From Nitrososphaeria archaeon (GTDB lineage: Archaea > Thermoproteota > Nitrososphaeria > JACIWG01): a stretch of 64,000 nt of DNA. Numbering within the stretch: the stretch's first letter is position 1; each line of letters begins with the position of its first letter. The notes under the pieces were generated by a model. That model saw only the letters and a program-made list of their open reading frames with translations. It was not told the origin of the DNA and searched no databases. Shown here piece after piece: positions 21,220-31,790 of this stretch. The position numbers and the translations under genes were made by a program. The stretch lies in contig CAVVXT010000019.1 of assembly GCA_963752255.1 (NCBI GenBank), positions 448,001-512,000 of the forward strand, read 5' to 3'.

Positions 21220-22775
21220 GACGAACTTGGGACTCTTAGGTCTATTTCCTTTCCGCTTCTACCATCAACCCAGACTAACCTTTTTTTATCTTCCAAAACC
21301 AATTCAACTCTGTATACTGGATAGAGGAAAGGCTTGAACTCTAGAAGATCGGAGCCTGGAAAAAGACCTTTGATAGCTTCACGAACTTCAGCTTCTTTTA
21401 ATTTAACGCTTACAACTTCAGCTTTCTGTGTGCTAATGTTTTCTAGAATCAACGTTTTCTCTTCTAAGTCGATCTTAGGTAATTCTACTATACGATGGTA
21501 CCGTCTTAATCTACCATCCTTGTAGGAGCTGATGAGCCTCTTCTTTTCTAAGGACTTTAGCAGACTACGCATTATGGGCTCTGAAACTTTCAATTCACCT
21601 GATATATCAATCAACGTGGAATCTTTATCTGGACTAAGCAACTTCAAAACCTCGATATGTTGTCGGCTCAAACCGATGAGCTGTTCAATTCCCTCCTTGG
21701 AAACTAATCCATCCTCGAGCATGACATATCTTCCGGTTACACCATCTGATATAAAGAACCTGTTCTCGAACCTTTTCCTAAGCAACCCAGTTCTAATGCT
21801 AACAGTTAGCTGAATCAAAGGGTTAAAGATCAGCTGAACACTGGAAACCTCTTCATGTTCTCCGAAAAAGATAAACCGCTTTTCCTTCTTGACAATAGAT
21901 GGCACATCGTTTAAGCCTATCAGTGGAGGAAGCCCAAGAAAGTTCTTCTCTGTTTTTAGGCTGCGAAGTTTTTTGAGAACTTCCTCAGAGTGTTGGATGA
22001 CACGATCCTTAAGTTTAGGGGTTATTCCCTCATGCCGTGTTTCCCTTAACCTGATCCTGACAGAAACGGGAGTGAGTGAAAAACCTCCAAGTGCATAGAA
22101 AACGCCTGGGGGAAGGGTTGTTAGCTGTTTTGGCAGACTATATCCAAGGAAAAACTGGGCGACCGACTCTAAATCGTTCTTTATATTTAGCTTTCCTATT
22201 AGCTGATTTGAGCACTGACTCAAGACATTTTTGTCTACAAGAGAGGGCCTCTGTGTGCAGAGCATTAGGCCAAGGCCACGCTTTCGTCCCCTCCTAGCCA
22301 CTTCTTCAATAATTTTGAGCCGTTCTCCTGCCTGCGGAATAAACTTGTCCGCTTCTTCAAGAACTATAAGATAGGGTGTCCTTCTGACAGAAACCTCTTT
22401 AAACATTTCAGAAAGAAACTCGCCCACCTTTCCTTTGGGATCTTCTGCCTCTGATACATCGAGGATTAAGGGGGAAATGTCGAGAGCCTGTCCAGCCAGT
22501 TCTTTGATGTTTAAGGCGCTCCAATTTAAATCGCATTTTTCGTCCTCTCCAACCCATATCATCTCATACTTTTCTTTCAGCCCAGAATACTCTCCTTCGA
22601 TATCTATGAGAGCAAATGGAACTCCAGCCTTACAGAGCTCCTCACAGAAGACGCCGACGGCATAACTCTTGCCACTTCCACTGGAGCCTATTATACAAGT
22701 CCTGCCAGTTACTATTAGATCAGCGTCGACTTGGAATATTTTCTCTCCATGAAAGCCCACATTTAGTAATGGCAC
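21216..22775 (-). CDS. HerA/DUF87-family P-loop ATPase with C-terminal winged HTH
   Basis: GSSGSGKS Walker A, LEEADKF Walker B, RGRKRG, TQRP; C-terminal DISGELKVSEPIMRSLLKSLEKKRLI. Confidence 0.8.
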   Translation of the reverse strand: MPLLNVGFHGEKIFQVDADLIVTGRTCIIGSSGSGKSYAVGVFCEELCKAGVPFALIDIEGEYSGLKEKYEMIWVGEDEKCDLNWSALNIKELAGQALDISPLILDVSEAEDPKGKVGEFLSEMFKEVSVRRTPYLIVLEEADKFIPQAGERLKIIEEVARRGRKRGLGLMLCTQRPSLVDKNVLSQCSNQLIGKLNIKNDLESVAQFFLGYSLPKQLTTLPPGVFYALGGFSLTPVSVRIRLRETRHEGITPKLKDRVIQHSEEVLKKLRSLKTEKNFLGLPPLIGLNDVPSIVKKEKRFIFFGEHEEVSSVQLIFNPLIQLTVSIRTGLLRKRFENRFFISDGVTGRYVMLEDGLVSKEGIEQLIGLSRQHIEVLKLLSPDKDSTLIDISGELKVSEPIMRSLLKSLEKKRLISSYKDGRLRRYHRIVELPKIDLEEKTLILENISTQKAEVVSVKLKEAEVREAIKGLFPGSDLLEFKPFLYPVYRVELVLEDKKRLVWVDGRSGKEIDLRVPSSS

Positions 22776-22880
22776 ACGAGAGAATCACATAAAGTTGGTA
22801 ATAACTCTTTCTTCTCATAACCATCGGTAATTATTTTGTGAAAGGTAATAATTTTATACAGCTCAAACTATTACTCGTAT

Positions 22881-23453
22881 ATGATATATGTATTAGGCGT
22901 TTGCGGAAGCCCCAGAATTGGAGGGAACACTGAAAGACTTGTGCTGGAAGCTCTGAAAGCTGTAGAAGAGGAAGGAGCTCGGACAGAGCTGGTGAGGCTC
23001 GCTGACAAAGAAATCAAACCTTGTGATGACTGTAGGTCGTGCAAGACCACAGGACAATGTCGTATAAAGGACGATTTTACTGCCGTCTATAAGAAAATGA
23101 TTAAAGCAGACGGTATTATATTATCGTCTCCAGTTTATTTTGGGTCAGCTACCCCCCAGATAAAGGCTTTAATTGACCGAGCTGGCACACTATCGAACCG
23201 TACAGGAAGGGTTTTCGAAAACAAAGTTGGCGGTGCTTTGGTTGTCGCGAGGAGAGCGGGCCAAAACTTCACATTTGCCCAGCTCCTGTTCTTCTTTCTG
23301 CACCAAGGAATGATCGTACCCGGTTCTACATACTGGAACATCGCCTTCGGCAGGGAAAAAGGTGAAGTAGCCAAAGACGAGGAGGGAATTCAGACGGCGA
23401 GAAACTTTGGAAAAAGAATGGTCTGGCTAATTAAGAAGATCAAGACCGAATAG
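22881..23453 (+). CDS. Iron-sulfur flavoprotein (flavodoxin / NADPH-FMN reductase family)
   Basis: GSPR.GGNT, CDDCRSC...C, SPVYFG. Confidence 0.9.
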   Translation: MIYVLGVCGSPRIGGNTERLVLEALKAVEEEGARTELVRLADKEIKPCDDCRSCKTTGQCRIKDDFTAVYKKMIKADGIILSSPVYFGSATPQIKALIDRAGTLSNRTGRVFENKVGGALVVARRAGQNFTFAQLLFFFLHQGMIVPGSTYWNIAFGREKGEVAKDEEGIQTARNFGKRMVWLIKKIKTE

Positions 23454-23508
23454 TCGCTGTCGCTTTGCAGAGGTCACTATAGGGAAAAAGTTATACGCAA
23501 TATCATGG

Positions 23509-24081
23509 TTGATCAAAATCGACAGATATATGGAAGCAAAGATTATAGTGGATGCAGCCGAGATACTTAAGAACATGCCGAGGACTGGCTGGCTGCAGAA
23601 CGGTGTTCCATCCTACGAGGCGGAAACAGTCGCAGAACACACCTTCGAGGTCGTAACCATCTTGACCATCTTCTCATATGCATCGGAAGAGGCGTTCGAT
23701 AACGAGAAGATGCTGATCATGGGCATAATACATGACCTAAGCGAATCAGTGTCAGGCGATATGCCACGAGGGCTCACGCAAAGAATAGGTAAGGAGTCTA
23801 AGAGCAGGACGGAAAAGGAGATAATAAAAGAAATCGCGGTCGCTGGTGGACTAGCTGAATTGGAAAAAAATTTCAATGAATACGAGGAAGGTAAGAGTGT
23901 AGAAGCTATACTCGTGAAGATTGCTGATAGGGTGTCAACTATAAGACAGGCGAAAATATACTCTAAAAGAGGTTACAATGTAAGAAATATTGAGGAAGGA
24001 TACAAAGAGGAACTGAAGAGCTTACTGCAGAAGGTACCATATAAGAAGATTAGGAAAATCGTAACCGAACTCATAGAATAA
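23509..24081 (+). CDS. HD-domain phosphohydrolase (YfbR-like 5'-deoxynucleotidase)
   Basis: LK..PRTGW, ETVAEH, IIHDLSE..GD, KIAD. Confidence 0.87.
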   Translation: MIKIDRYMEAKIIVDAAEILKNMPRTGWLQNGVPSYEAETVAEHTFEVVTILTIFSYASEEAFDNEKMLIMGIIHDLSESVSGDMPRGLTQRIGKESKSRTEKEIIKEIAVAGGLAELEKNFNEYEEGKSVEAILVKIADRVSTIRQAKIYSKRGYNVRNIEEGYKEELKSLLQKVPYKKIRKIVTELIE

Positions 24082-24119
24082 ACGTATAATTCAAAAATTT
24101 TAAGAATAACGATTATCCT

Positions 24120-25217
24120 TCAGTAAATAAGCGAGCCAACTCTGTTCCCAGACAACGCTTCCTTAATGTCTAAGGAAATTCTCCTTCCGGTTGACATAGG
24201 TTCATTAAATATGTAAGGTGTATATGGGGAGCCTTCAGGATAAAGGTTAGTACCGGCAACGATGCGCGCAGAAACTTCAAAGACTATGAAACCTCTACTT
24301 GGATTATAGACTGTTTCTATGCAGAAGGGCCCAATAAGTCCAGGTGGAAACAGCTTGATGGAAGCCTCGATCAATCTAGCGCCTATAGCTAAGACGTCGG
24401 GTAGAAGACTCTCTCTGACGACAACAGGCTGGTTTCCTGACACCGTATAGTCAAGGTAATCGGGGATGATTTCAGGCAGCCCTCTATATATCTCATCTAT
24501 AGGCTCCAGTCGTCTATCCATGCTCATCAGCTCCAAGCCACCCGTAGACAGCTTTAGCCCCCTTGATCCTGCTAGGCTATAGAAGTAATGCGGGTAGTAA
24601 CGTGTTCCAGCTATGAACTCCTGGATAAACGTTTTATCTTCAGGTTTGATCACACCCTCGCGCACCTTTCCTGCAAGCTTTTCACGGAATTCATTAAAAT
24701 TCTTGACCCTAAAATAGCCCTTGCCACCCCTAGCACCATAGACCTTAACAAAGGCGTATGTGTCGATCTTCGAAGGGTCGTCGAAAACCTTCGGAAATTG
24801 CAGACTCGCTTCCCTGAACCATTCCAGCTGCTTCTCTCTATCGCTCTCCCACTCAAGGACTTTCCTGTTGCCGTACATTGGGACATAGAAAGAGTCTTGC
24901 AGGTTTTTAGCTCCGACATATTCTACAAATGAACCGTGAGCGATAATAATCGCATTGGAGCCAACAAGCCTCTCCTGGACTTCTGCTTCTAGAACATCCC
25001 GATAATTGTCCACGATAATAAACTCATCTGGGGAAGCTTCAGGGAACGCTTTATAGAACTGTACCCTATCCTTTAGACAGATTCCCAAGGTTCTGAACCC
25101 TTCTTTCTTCGCACCATGGAAGATCTGGAGAGCGGAATGAGAACATATTGTCGCTATAGAAATCTTCTTCTGATCGTACTTGGACAGCGTCTGAAGTATT
25201 TCTTTCCTATTTATCAT
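24120..25217 (-). CDS. purP: Formate--phosphoribosylaminoimidazolecarboxamide ligase PurP
   Basis: SHSALQIFHGAKKEGF, HGSFVEY, GARGGKGYF, FEVSARIVAGTN. Confidence 0.9.
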   Translation of the reverse strand: MINRKEILQTLSKYDQKKISIATICSHSALQIFHGAKKEGFRTLGICLKDRVQFYKAFPEASPDEFIIVDNYRDVLEAEVQERLVGSNAIIIAHGSFVEYVGAKNLQDSFYVPMYGNRKVLEWESDREKQLEWFREASLQFPKVFDDPSKIDTYAFVKVYGARGGKGYFRVKNFNEFREKLAGKVREGVIKPEDKTFIQEFIAGTRYYPHYFYSLAGSRGLKLSTGGLELMSMDRRLEPIDEIYRGLPEIIPDYLDYTVSGNQPVVVRESLLPDVLAIGARLIEASIKLFPPGLIGPFCIETVYNPSRGFIVFEVSARIVAGTNLYPEGSPYTPYIFNEPMSTGRRISLDIKEALSGNRVGSLIY

Positions 25218-26392
25218 GTAATTATCTCCTCCAACCTGTCCCTCTTAACAGCATAACTAATCTCCAACATGGAGAAGTCTAGCACGGACTCGAAATTCTG
25301 CACCTTCAACTTCAGATCAGCTATCTGAGACCTGTACTTGAGGAGTAATCTTCTCATTTCAGGAGATGTAGGCCCGATTCCAGGTGAGCCGGGTATGCGT
25401 GGACTAACGTCGAAGATAAAAAAATCTAACCTCTTACCCTCTGGATCTTCTGGATCATAGGCTATGGCGCCTTGGAGGGCAAACGGTCCAACAAGTCCTG
25501 GAGGATAGGCTTTTTTACAGACGGCAAGGAACTTCGACGCAGAATTATAGGCGAGAGGCTTCTGTGATTCGCGCATTGTTACACCGAAGTGGCCTATCTC
25601 CTCGTTCTTTACGTCAACCTCAAGCTCCAGTTGTTCCCGAGCGGTTAAATTCAGTATTCCCTGAAGGTTCACTTGCCTTCTGTCGTCAAATCCTAAAAAG
25701 TCAAAATCCCCGAAAACATCGTCCAGAGCCCAAGCTTGAAAGTTGGCGTTAAACCTCGGCCCCAGGACAAATTCCTCTATCACAGCATCCTTTAGGTCCC
25801 CAAGGTCTATTATATTCCTGGAAGAAAGTTCCTTAGCCTTCACCCAGTATTGATCAACGTTCTTAGCCGTAAAGAAGGCACGTTCAAGGGGCTTAGCCTT
25901 CTGACACACCTTCACTAAAACAAGCCTATCTATATCGTCAGGCTTGCTAAACCTCTTAGGCGTTCTTACGCCAGCTTCCTCTAGAAGCCAGTACTGGTTC
26001 TTTGACAACTTTCTATCTTCGGTCTTGAGCATGAACCTGTTGCCATAGATTGGAACTCGGAAATTGTCTTCAATATTCTTGCATCCTACGTAAACAGAAA
26101 ATGATCTGTTAGGCAGAAAGATTGTGTTCAGACGACGAAGCTCATCCTGAACCTCCCTATTTATGATATCTGAAAAGGAGTTTAAGACGATGCTATGGTC
26201 AAAGACGTGCCTGTTGAATTTTATGTAAAGGTCTTCTCTCCCTTTCTGACAGACTACTACCGTTGGAAAGCCAAAAATCTTTGCCGCAACACCGACTTCT
26301 TCTGCGGAATGTGATCCTAGAACGCCTATAGTAATCTTCTTGTTATCGTAGCTCTCTAAGGTTTTCTTTAGATCATCTATCTTTAGGACCAA
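25214..26392 (-). CDS. PurP-like ATP-grasp protein (second paralogue)
   Basis: GSHSAEE, PNRSFSVY, ERAFF, FDVSPRIPGSPG; 4-nt overlap with purP. Confidence 0.85.
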   Translation of the reverse strand: MVLKIDDLKKTLESYDNKKITIGVLGSHSAEEVGVAAKIFGFPTVVVCQKGREDLYIKFNRHVFDHSIVLNSFSDIINREVQDELRRLNTIFLPNRSFSVYVGCKNIEDNFRVPIYGNRFMLKTEDRKLSKNQYWLLEEAGVRTPKRFSKPDDIDRLVLVKVCQKAKPLERAFFTAKNVDQYWVKAKELSSRNIIDLGDLKDAVIEEFVLGPRFNANFQAWALDDVFGDFDFLGFDDRRQVNLQGILNLTAREQLELEVDVKNEEIGHFGVTMRESQKPLAYNSASKFLAVCKKAYPPGLVGPFALQGAIAYDPEDPEGKRLDFFIFDVSPRIPGSPGIGPTSPEMRRLLLKYRSQIADLKLKVQNFESVLDFSMLEISYAVKRDRLEEIIT

Positions 26393-26488
26393 GTTAACCT
26401 TCTCTTAACCGAAAATGGTTCCCTTAAGTACTATTAAGCGTTATTCCCAAACATGATTAGATATCAGCTGAGTAAAAGGTTAAAGGAA

Positions 26489-26980
26489 TCAGCTAAGGTC
26501 CTTTATCTTTTCTATCACGTCTACCCAATTTCTAACATCTTCACCATACTTTAGATAGTTGACATAACCTACAGCTTCCCTGATTTCAGTAAGATATGTA
26601 TCGTTATCATCTATGAACAAAATTTCTCTTGGCAGGATGCTGATCCCTTTCCGGCCTAAGTTCATAATTATCTTTTGCACCATAAGGTACTTGTTTGGAT
26701 GGGGCTCAGCAATAGGGCACACGAAATATTTATCCACATCATATAAAGAAAAAAGTTCAAAGACATTTTCTGGCTCGTTCCAACTTGCTAAAGATAAGAA
26801 AATTTTATTTTCGCTAACAAAGTCCAAGAAAGCCCTAAAACCTTGATGCAATTCAACCCTTGACCCATTCACATCTTGAGCGACATCTCGTGATATTAGC
26901 TTAATTGGGGCTATCAACGAGCTAACGCTATGATGAGTCCATATCGTCCTGTCGGCATCGATAATGACGAGCTTTATCAT
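26489..26980 (-). CDS. Magnesium-dependent phosphatase-1 (HAD IIIC)
   Basis: DADRTIW, LASWN, PHPNK, FIDD. Confidence 0.85.
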   Translation of the reverse strand: MIKLVIIDADRTIWTHHSVSSLIAPIKLISRDVAQDVNGSRVELHQGFRAFLDFVSENKIFLSLASWNEPENVFELFSLYDVDKYFVCPIAEPHPNKYLMVQKIIMNLGRKGISILPREILFIDDNDTYLTEIREAVGYVNYLKYGEDVRNWVDVIEKIKDLS

Positions 26981-27085
26981 TTCACACCCTTACGATTTTA
27001 TCTGACTTAAATCTTGTCAAAGATCCGATAAGAATTATATACACCCCATCTAGATGTAGATACTTTCATAAGAAAGGGACACAAA

Positions 27086-27793
27086 ATGAACGAGAACCAT
27101 ATAAAAGCTGTAATGTTCGACTTTGGTGATACTTTAGCATATGGACTAAAAGAAGACTATGTAACCTACCACCTTATCTTCGAAGAGCTTGGATATGTGA
27201 CTGAATTATCGGAGTTCAAAAAAAGATATGATGAAGCCTTGGAATGGATGCTGGTAGAAAGAAAAAAAGGCAGAATATGGACCGAAGAAACAAGAGCGGA
27301 CTTTGTCAACAGGATATTAACGAGCCTGAAGTTACCATCGCCAAGCAGAGTTATTTCAAAAATGATAGAAATATTTCCATACAGGGTCCAGTTAAAAGCA
27401 TTTGAAGATGTAGAACCAACTTTATCTCAACTAAGACATAGAAAATTTAAGCTCGTTATCTGTTCAAACGTATCATCGGAGAGAAATCTGAGAATTTTCC
27501 TTAAGTCAGTAAATTTGGAATCTTACTTTGACATAATTGTGGCCTCAGGAACAGTGGGGTACGAGAAGCCAGATCCAGAGATTTTCAAAATAGCCTCAAA
27601 ACTATCCAATACACGACCTGAAAAGATGATTCACATAGGAGACTTATATGAATACGATTACGTTGGTGCTGAATCCGCGGGGATGCAAGCCCTCCTGATA
27701 GATAGAAATGAAAAGTATAAAGGTAAAAAAATCAATGTGATCTATAAACTGGATGATGTATTCGATTACATTTCAAATGGACTAAAAGCCTAG
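27086..27793 (+). CDS. HAD-superfamily hydrolase (IA)
   Basis: FDFGDTL, EKPDPEIF, HIGD...D. Confidence 0.88.
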   Translation: MNENHIKAVMFDFGDTLAYGLKEDYVTYHLIFEELGYVTELSEFKKRYDEALEWMLVERKKGRIWTEETRADFVNRILTSLKLPSPSRVISKMIEIFPYRVQLKAFEDVEPTLSQLRHRKFKLVICSNVSSERNLRIFLKSVNLESYFDIIVASGTVGYEKPDPEIFKIASKLSNTRPEKMIHIGDLYEYDYVGAESAGMQALLIDRNEKYKGKKINVIYKLDDVFDYISNGLKA

Positions 27794-28420
27794 ACTTTCC
27801 CCTACGATCACAACATGATAGTCTGTAAAAGACGGCCTTCCTTCAAGTATTAAAGTAGCTTTACATATGCTTTTCTCCGGAGGACATTCGGAACAGAAAC
27901 CGTCAGTTACACAGGGAGTATCCCTGTTAAACCGCTTAGCATTCATGGGAGCGGCCACGTTCTTAATCCTCCAAATAGCCGCCTCTAAATCTTTCACTAT
28001 CTTGTTCACACCTACTACTATTATTGTCCTCTTAGGTCCGAAGCTCATCGCAGCAACCCTATTGCCACCGCCATCGATATTCACCAATTTACCATCTATT
28101 GTTACAGCATTAGCGCTGGCTAAGAGCACGTCAGAAGTTAGGGTTTCCCGTCTTGTTTCAAAGGTAGACTTGGAACTAGGTGCGTCATGAATGAGTACTG
28201 AGAATCCCTTTTTAGAGAGAAGCGCAGGTAGTTCGAGTTCACGGATTGTCAAGGAACCAGCAGTTGCAACCTTTGCGCCTTCAGGTATAAGCTCTAAAAC
28301 CTTCTTAATGGCTTCTTCCCTCGTCTTTGTGTAATATGCGTTGAAACCGTTATCCTTCAAAGAGCTGACAACCCTATTAGCAACAGCTTCTTTATGCCAT
28401 TCCTTTATGTTCTCTAACAT
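27782..28420 (-). CDS. LUD-domain (lactate utilization) protein
   Basis: GSLTI.E, SANAVT.DG.LVNIDG.GNRV, VGVNKIV, PC..G.C..C..IC, LGF C-terminus. Confidence 0.85.
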   Translation of the reverse strand: MLENIKEWHKEAVANRVVSSLKDNGFNAYYTKTREEAIKKVLELIPEGAKVATAGSLTIRELELPALLSKKGFSVLIHDAPSSKSTFETRRETLTSDVLLASANAVTIDGKLVNIDGGGNRVAAMSFGPKRTIIVVGVNKIVKDLEAAIWRIKNVAAPMNAKRFNRDTPCVTDGFCSECPPEKSICKATLILEGRPSFTDYHVVIVGESLGF

Positions 28421-28591
28421 ACATTTTGGGAGAATATCAGGATTTTTAAGTTTTTAGAAAAAAACATCTTCTTTTTTTACCATACCTAAAACCAATCGAC
28501 AGGTCATGTCAAATCAAATTGCAAAACTGAATATCTTTGTAATCGCGTTCCCTTCCGCTTTACATTCTTAAATATAATTGTAGAATTTAGT

Positions 28592-28737
28592 ATCAGAGAA
28601 GAAATCGACCATTTCTTAAACTGCATCGTAGAAGACAGACAACCTTCAGTTGCAGGTGAGCAAGCAATAGCTGCCTTGAAGTTACCCTAGCTGCAGATCT
28701 ATTGTAAGGTACAGGCAAACACGTTTTGATATCATGA
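28592..28737 (+). pseudogene. C-terminal remnant of a Gfo/Idh/MocA oxidoreductase
   Basis: Reads EEIDHFLNCIVEDRQPSVAGEQAIAA/LEVTLAADLL*GTGKHVLIS* with a frameshift and an internal stop; no upstream part. Confidence 0.5.
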
Positions 28738-28945
28738 GTGAGTTCTTTTCTATCATCAATTCTTTGAGGGATTGCAATGCAAATCATCTTAATATCTTTA
28801 AACATAAAGATACTTAAAAAAAGAATATGAAGCCAAGAAGTAGAATCTTTGAAGCACTAATGAGGGAGGACCTGACTGCGTAGATACCGACTAGATGTTG
28901 CGACATTGAACGGAGGTCTCCACCAATTGGATTAAAGAGTTAGAT

Positions 28946-29950
28946 TCATCTATTTCTTCTATTCTTAATCGCGTCAGGATTAAGAGTAAACTTTGGTATT
29001 TCCCCATTCAGCGCTTGTTCTATCTGTTCTTCCGTCAACACATCACTTCTGATGAAATTATCAATACTTGATGATGCAATATGTGGTGTGATTATGACAT
29101 TATCGAGTTTGAACAGTGGATTATCATCTTCGGGAGGCTCCTTTTCCAAGACATCTAATCCTGCAGCAGCTATCCATTTTTCCTTTAAGGCTTTGTAGAG
29201 TGCTAGTTCATCAATTATAGGTCCTCTTGCGGCGTTGATTAGAATAGCATTCTTCTTCATTTTTTTCAACTGTTTTTCCCCGATCATGTGCTTTGTTTCA
29301 TCATTGAGGAAAGTATGTATGGTGACTATGTCTGATGTCTTAAGCAGTTCCTCAAAACCTACCATTTCAACTCCAAGCTGTTTCATTTTTTCCTCCTTTA
29401 CATATGGATCATATGCGATAATCTTCATGTCGAGGCCTGAACATATTTTTGCGACCTTCGAGCCTATTGACCCTAGACCTATGATTCCAAGAGTTTTTCC
29501 ATGAAGTTCGAAGGTATTTTTATCTGAGACATACTTTAACGCTATCTTTGACCATGTTTTCGGCTTTGTGGATCTTACAGCGTCTACAAGCCCTCTGGCA
29601 AGTGCGAAGATCAAGGCCACCGTATGTTCTGCTACCGTTTCCGAATTCAAACCAGTTTGATTAGTAACAAAGATACCAAACTTTGTGGCCTCAGCCATAT
29701 CTACCATATCGTAGCCAACACCATATCTTGCTATTATCTTAAGATTCTTTGCAGCCACAAAGATTTCTTTTGTATAACGTTCTCCACCTGCTATTACGGC
29801 ATCTACATCTTTGATCTCTTTGATCAATTGATCTCTTGTCATATTACCTTTGTAAGGATTAGATCTTATCTCGTACTTCTTTCTGAACTTTTCTGAAAGA
29901 TGAGTACCAAGGATGCCAGTTAAAGCATTTAAAATGACAGGTTTAGTCAT
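28946..29950 (-). CDS. D-isomer-specific 2-hydroxyacid dehydrogenase (phosphoglycerate dehydrogenase-like)
   Basis: ARYGVGYD, GIIGLGSIG, INAARG, LDV..EP, TPHIA. Confidence 0.92.
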   Translation of the reverse strand: MTKPVILNALTGILGTHLSEKFRKKYEIRSNPYKGNMTRDQLIKEIKDVDAVIAGGERYTKEIFVAAKNLKIIARYGVGYDMVDMAEATKFGIFVTNQTGLNSETVAEHTVALIFALARGLVDAVRSTKPKTWSKIALKYVSDKNTFELHGKTLGIIGLGSIGSKVAKICSGLDMKIIAYDPYVKEEKMKQLGVEMVGFEELLKTSDIVTIHTFLNDETKHMIGEKQLKKMKKNAILINAARGPIIDELALYKALKEKWIAAAGLDVLEKEPPEDDNPLFKLDNVIITPHIASSSIDNFIRSDVLTEEQIEQALNGEIPKFTLNPDAIKNRRNR

Positions 29951-30223
29951 AACAATTAGTTGGATGAGACTTGATTTTAAGCCTTTCCAACTAATATACT
30001 TGTTAGGTTAAATATAAAAATTGGATAGTAAATCAAGCATACGCTTAAGGTGAGTCTAATTAATTCTTCTAGAGAGATTAGCTCGGCGTTTTATTAGAAA
30101 TCACTTGCCTAACCCAAAATGCCTCTAATTGCTGTTTCTCTTGAGTTCATTATACTATAGTATTCTTTCTATCATGTACATCCCCTTTTATATTAGTTCT
30201 GTAATCTGGGTAGATGGATAAGT

Positions 30224-30981
30224 ATGGTCAAGAAGAGAGTTTTGGTGACTGGCCTAAGTGGGGTTATCGGAGGCGCTGTACTCAAGCACCTAGGCGATAA
30301 GTACGACCTCTCAGCACTGAACCGCCGCGATGTCCCCGGAGTCCCATGCTCACAGAGCCGACATTGCGGACTTGAACGCCATTAGACCAGCATTTGAAGG
30401 TAAAGACGTGGTAGTGCACCTAGGCAGCAGTCTTAGGGGGCGCATCTTGGGAAGACATATTGCACACTAATATCGTCGGTTGCTATAACGTGTTCGAAGC
30501 ATCCCGATTGGCAGGTGTGAAACGCATCATCTTCGCATCCAGTGGTGCAGTAGTCATGGGATACGAGAAAGACTTCCCATACGACGCTATCATAAAGGGA
30601 GAATATGACAAGGTGCCGCCAGACTGGCCAATGTTGACCGCGGAATCGCAGGTACGTCCCAACGACCTATACGGTGCCAGCAAGGTATGGGGTGAAGCCA
30701 TCGGTCGCTACTACAGCGAAGTGTTCGGCATTTCGGTTATCTGCCTACGATTCGGTCGGGTCAAGGCGGATGACAAGCCTACAACTCCACGGGACTTCGT
30801 AGTATGGTGCAGTCTAAGGAATGCCGCCCAAATGGTGGACAAATGTATCGCCGCACCAGAAGACCTCCGCTTCGACATCCTTTATGTTGTTTCAAATAAT
30901 CGTTGGAGACACCGGGACATAGAACATGCCCGTAAGGTGGTGGGATACTACCCTCTGGACGGCGCCGGCTCTTACGGCTAG
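30224..30981 (+). CDS. NAD-dependent epimerase/dehydratase (uronate dehydrogenase-like), two apparent frameshifts
   Basis: ATG at 30224 gives MVKKRVLVTGLSGVIG. Shifts near 30349 and 30423 join ADIAD..VVHL to ORF 30460-30981 (FASS, YGASK, LRFG). Confidence 0.8.
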
Positions 30982-31095
30982 CGTCGTGTCGATCAATAGA
31001 TCCAGCGGGACACAGCAACCTCATGGAATATAAGGCTAAGATCAAAAAAAATTTAAGTCATACCTGAATAAAGTATTGTAGCGGTTTGATTTAAG

Positions 31096-31740
31096 ATGAA
31101 AATTTCTATTAAATATTTAGGGCATGCGAGCTTTGAAATAAAGGCCGGGGATAAGACGATCTACATCGATCCCTACGAAGGAGAATATAAGGATAAAGCG
31201 GACCTAATATTGATTTCTCACTCCCATGATGACCATTGCCAGCCATCGAAGATAAAGGATATCCGAAAAGAGGACACCTCAGTTATCGCCCCTGCCGATT
31301 GCGCCTTAAAGGTAGGTGGAAACGTAAAGTCCCTTAAAGCTGGAGAAAAGAGTTCTTTCGGAGATGTTACGGTGGAAGCCGTCGCAGCATACAACTACAA
31401 AAGGTTTAGGTCTCCTGGTAACCCATTCCATCCAAAAGGCTTCGGGGTAGGATATCTGGTAACAGTAGGGAACAAGACGATCTATCACGCGGGGGACACA
31501 GACTTCATTCCGGAGATGAAGAACCTTAGGAACATCTATCTAGCGCTACTTCCTAGCGGCGGAACCTACACCATGGACAACCCTGAGGCCGCAGAGGCTG
31601 CGTTGGCGATCAGACCAGAATTTGTCATCCCGATGCATAGGTGGAAGACGGATCCCAACGAGTTTAAGAAGGATGTAGAAGCAAAATCCAAAATCAAAGT
31701 AATTATACTTAAACCTGGAGAAGAATTTAAAGCTGAATGA
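31096..31740 (+). CDS. Metallo-beta-lactamase-fold hydrolase
   Basis: GHASF, SHSHDDH, YHAGDT, PMH. Confidence 0.9.
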   Translation: MKISIKYLGHASFEIKAGDKTIYIDPYEGEYKDKADLILISHSHDDHCQPSKIKDIRKEDTSVIAPADCALKVGGNVKSLKAGEKSSFGDVTVEAVAAYNYKRFRSPGNPFHPKGFGVGYLVTVGNKTIYHAGDTDFIPEMKNLRNIYLALLPSGGTYTMDNPEAAEAALAIRPEFVIPMHRWKTDPNEFKKDVEAKSKIKVIILKPGEEFKAE

Positions 31741-31790
31741 AACCTTTTTTCCCAGTAAGAATTTTGCGACAGCGGGAGTGTCTTTAGACT

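Noticed and set aside
24120-26392. Tandem purP paralogues as a novelty
   Set aside because: Two PurP-like paralogues are well known in archaea.
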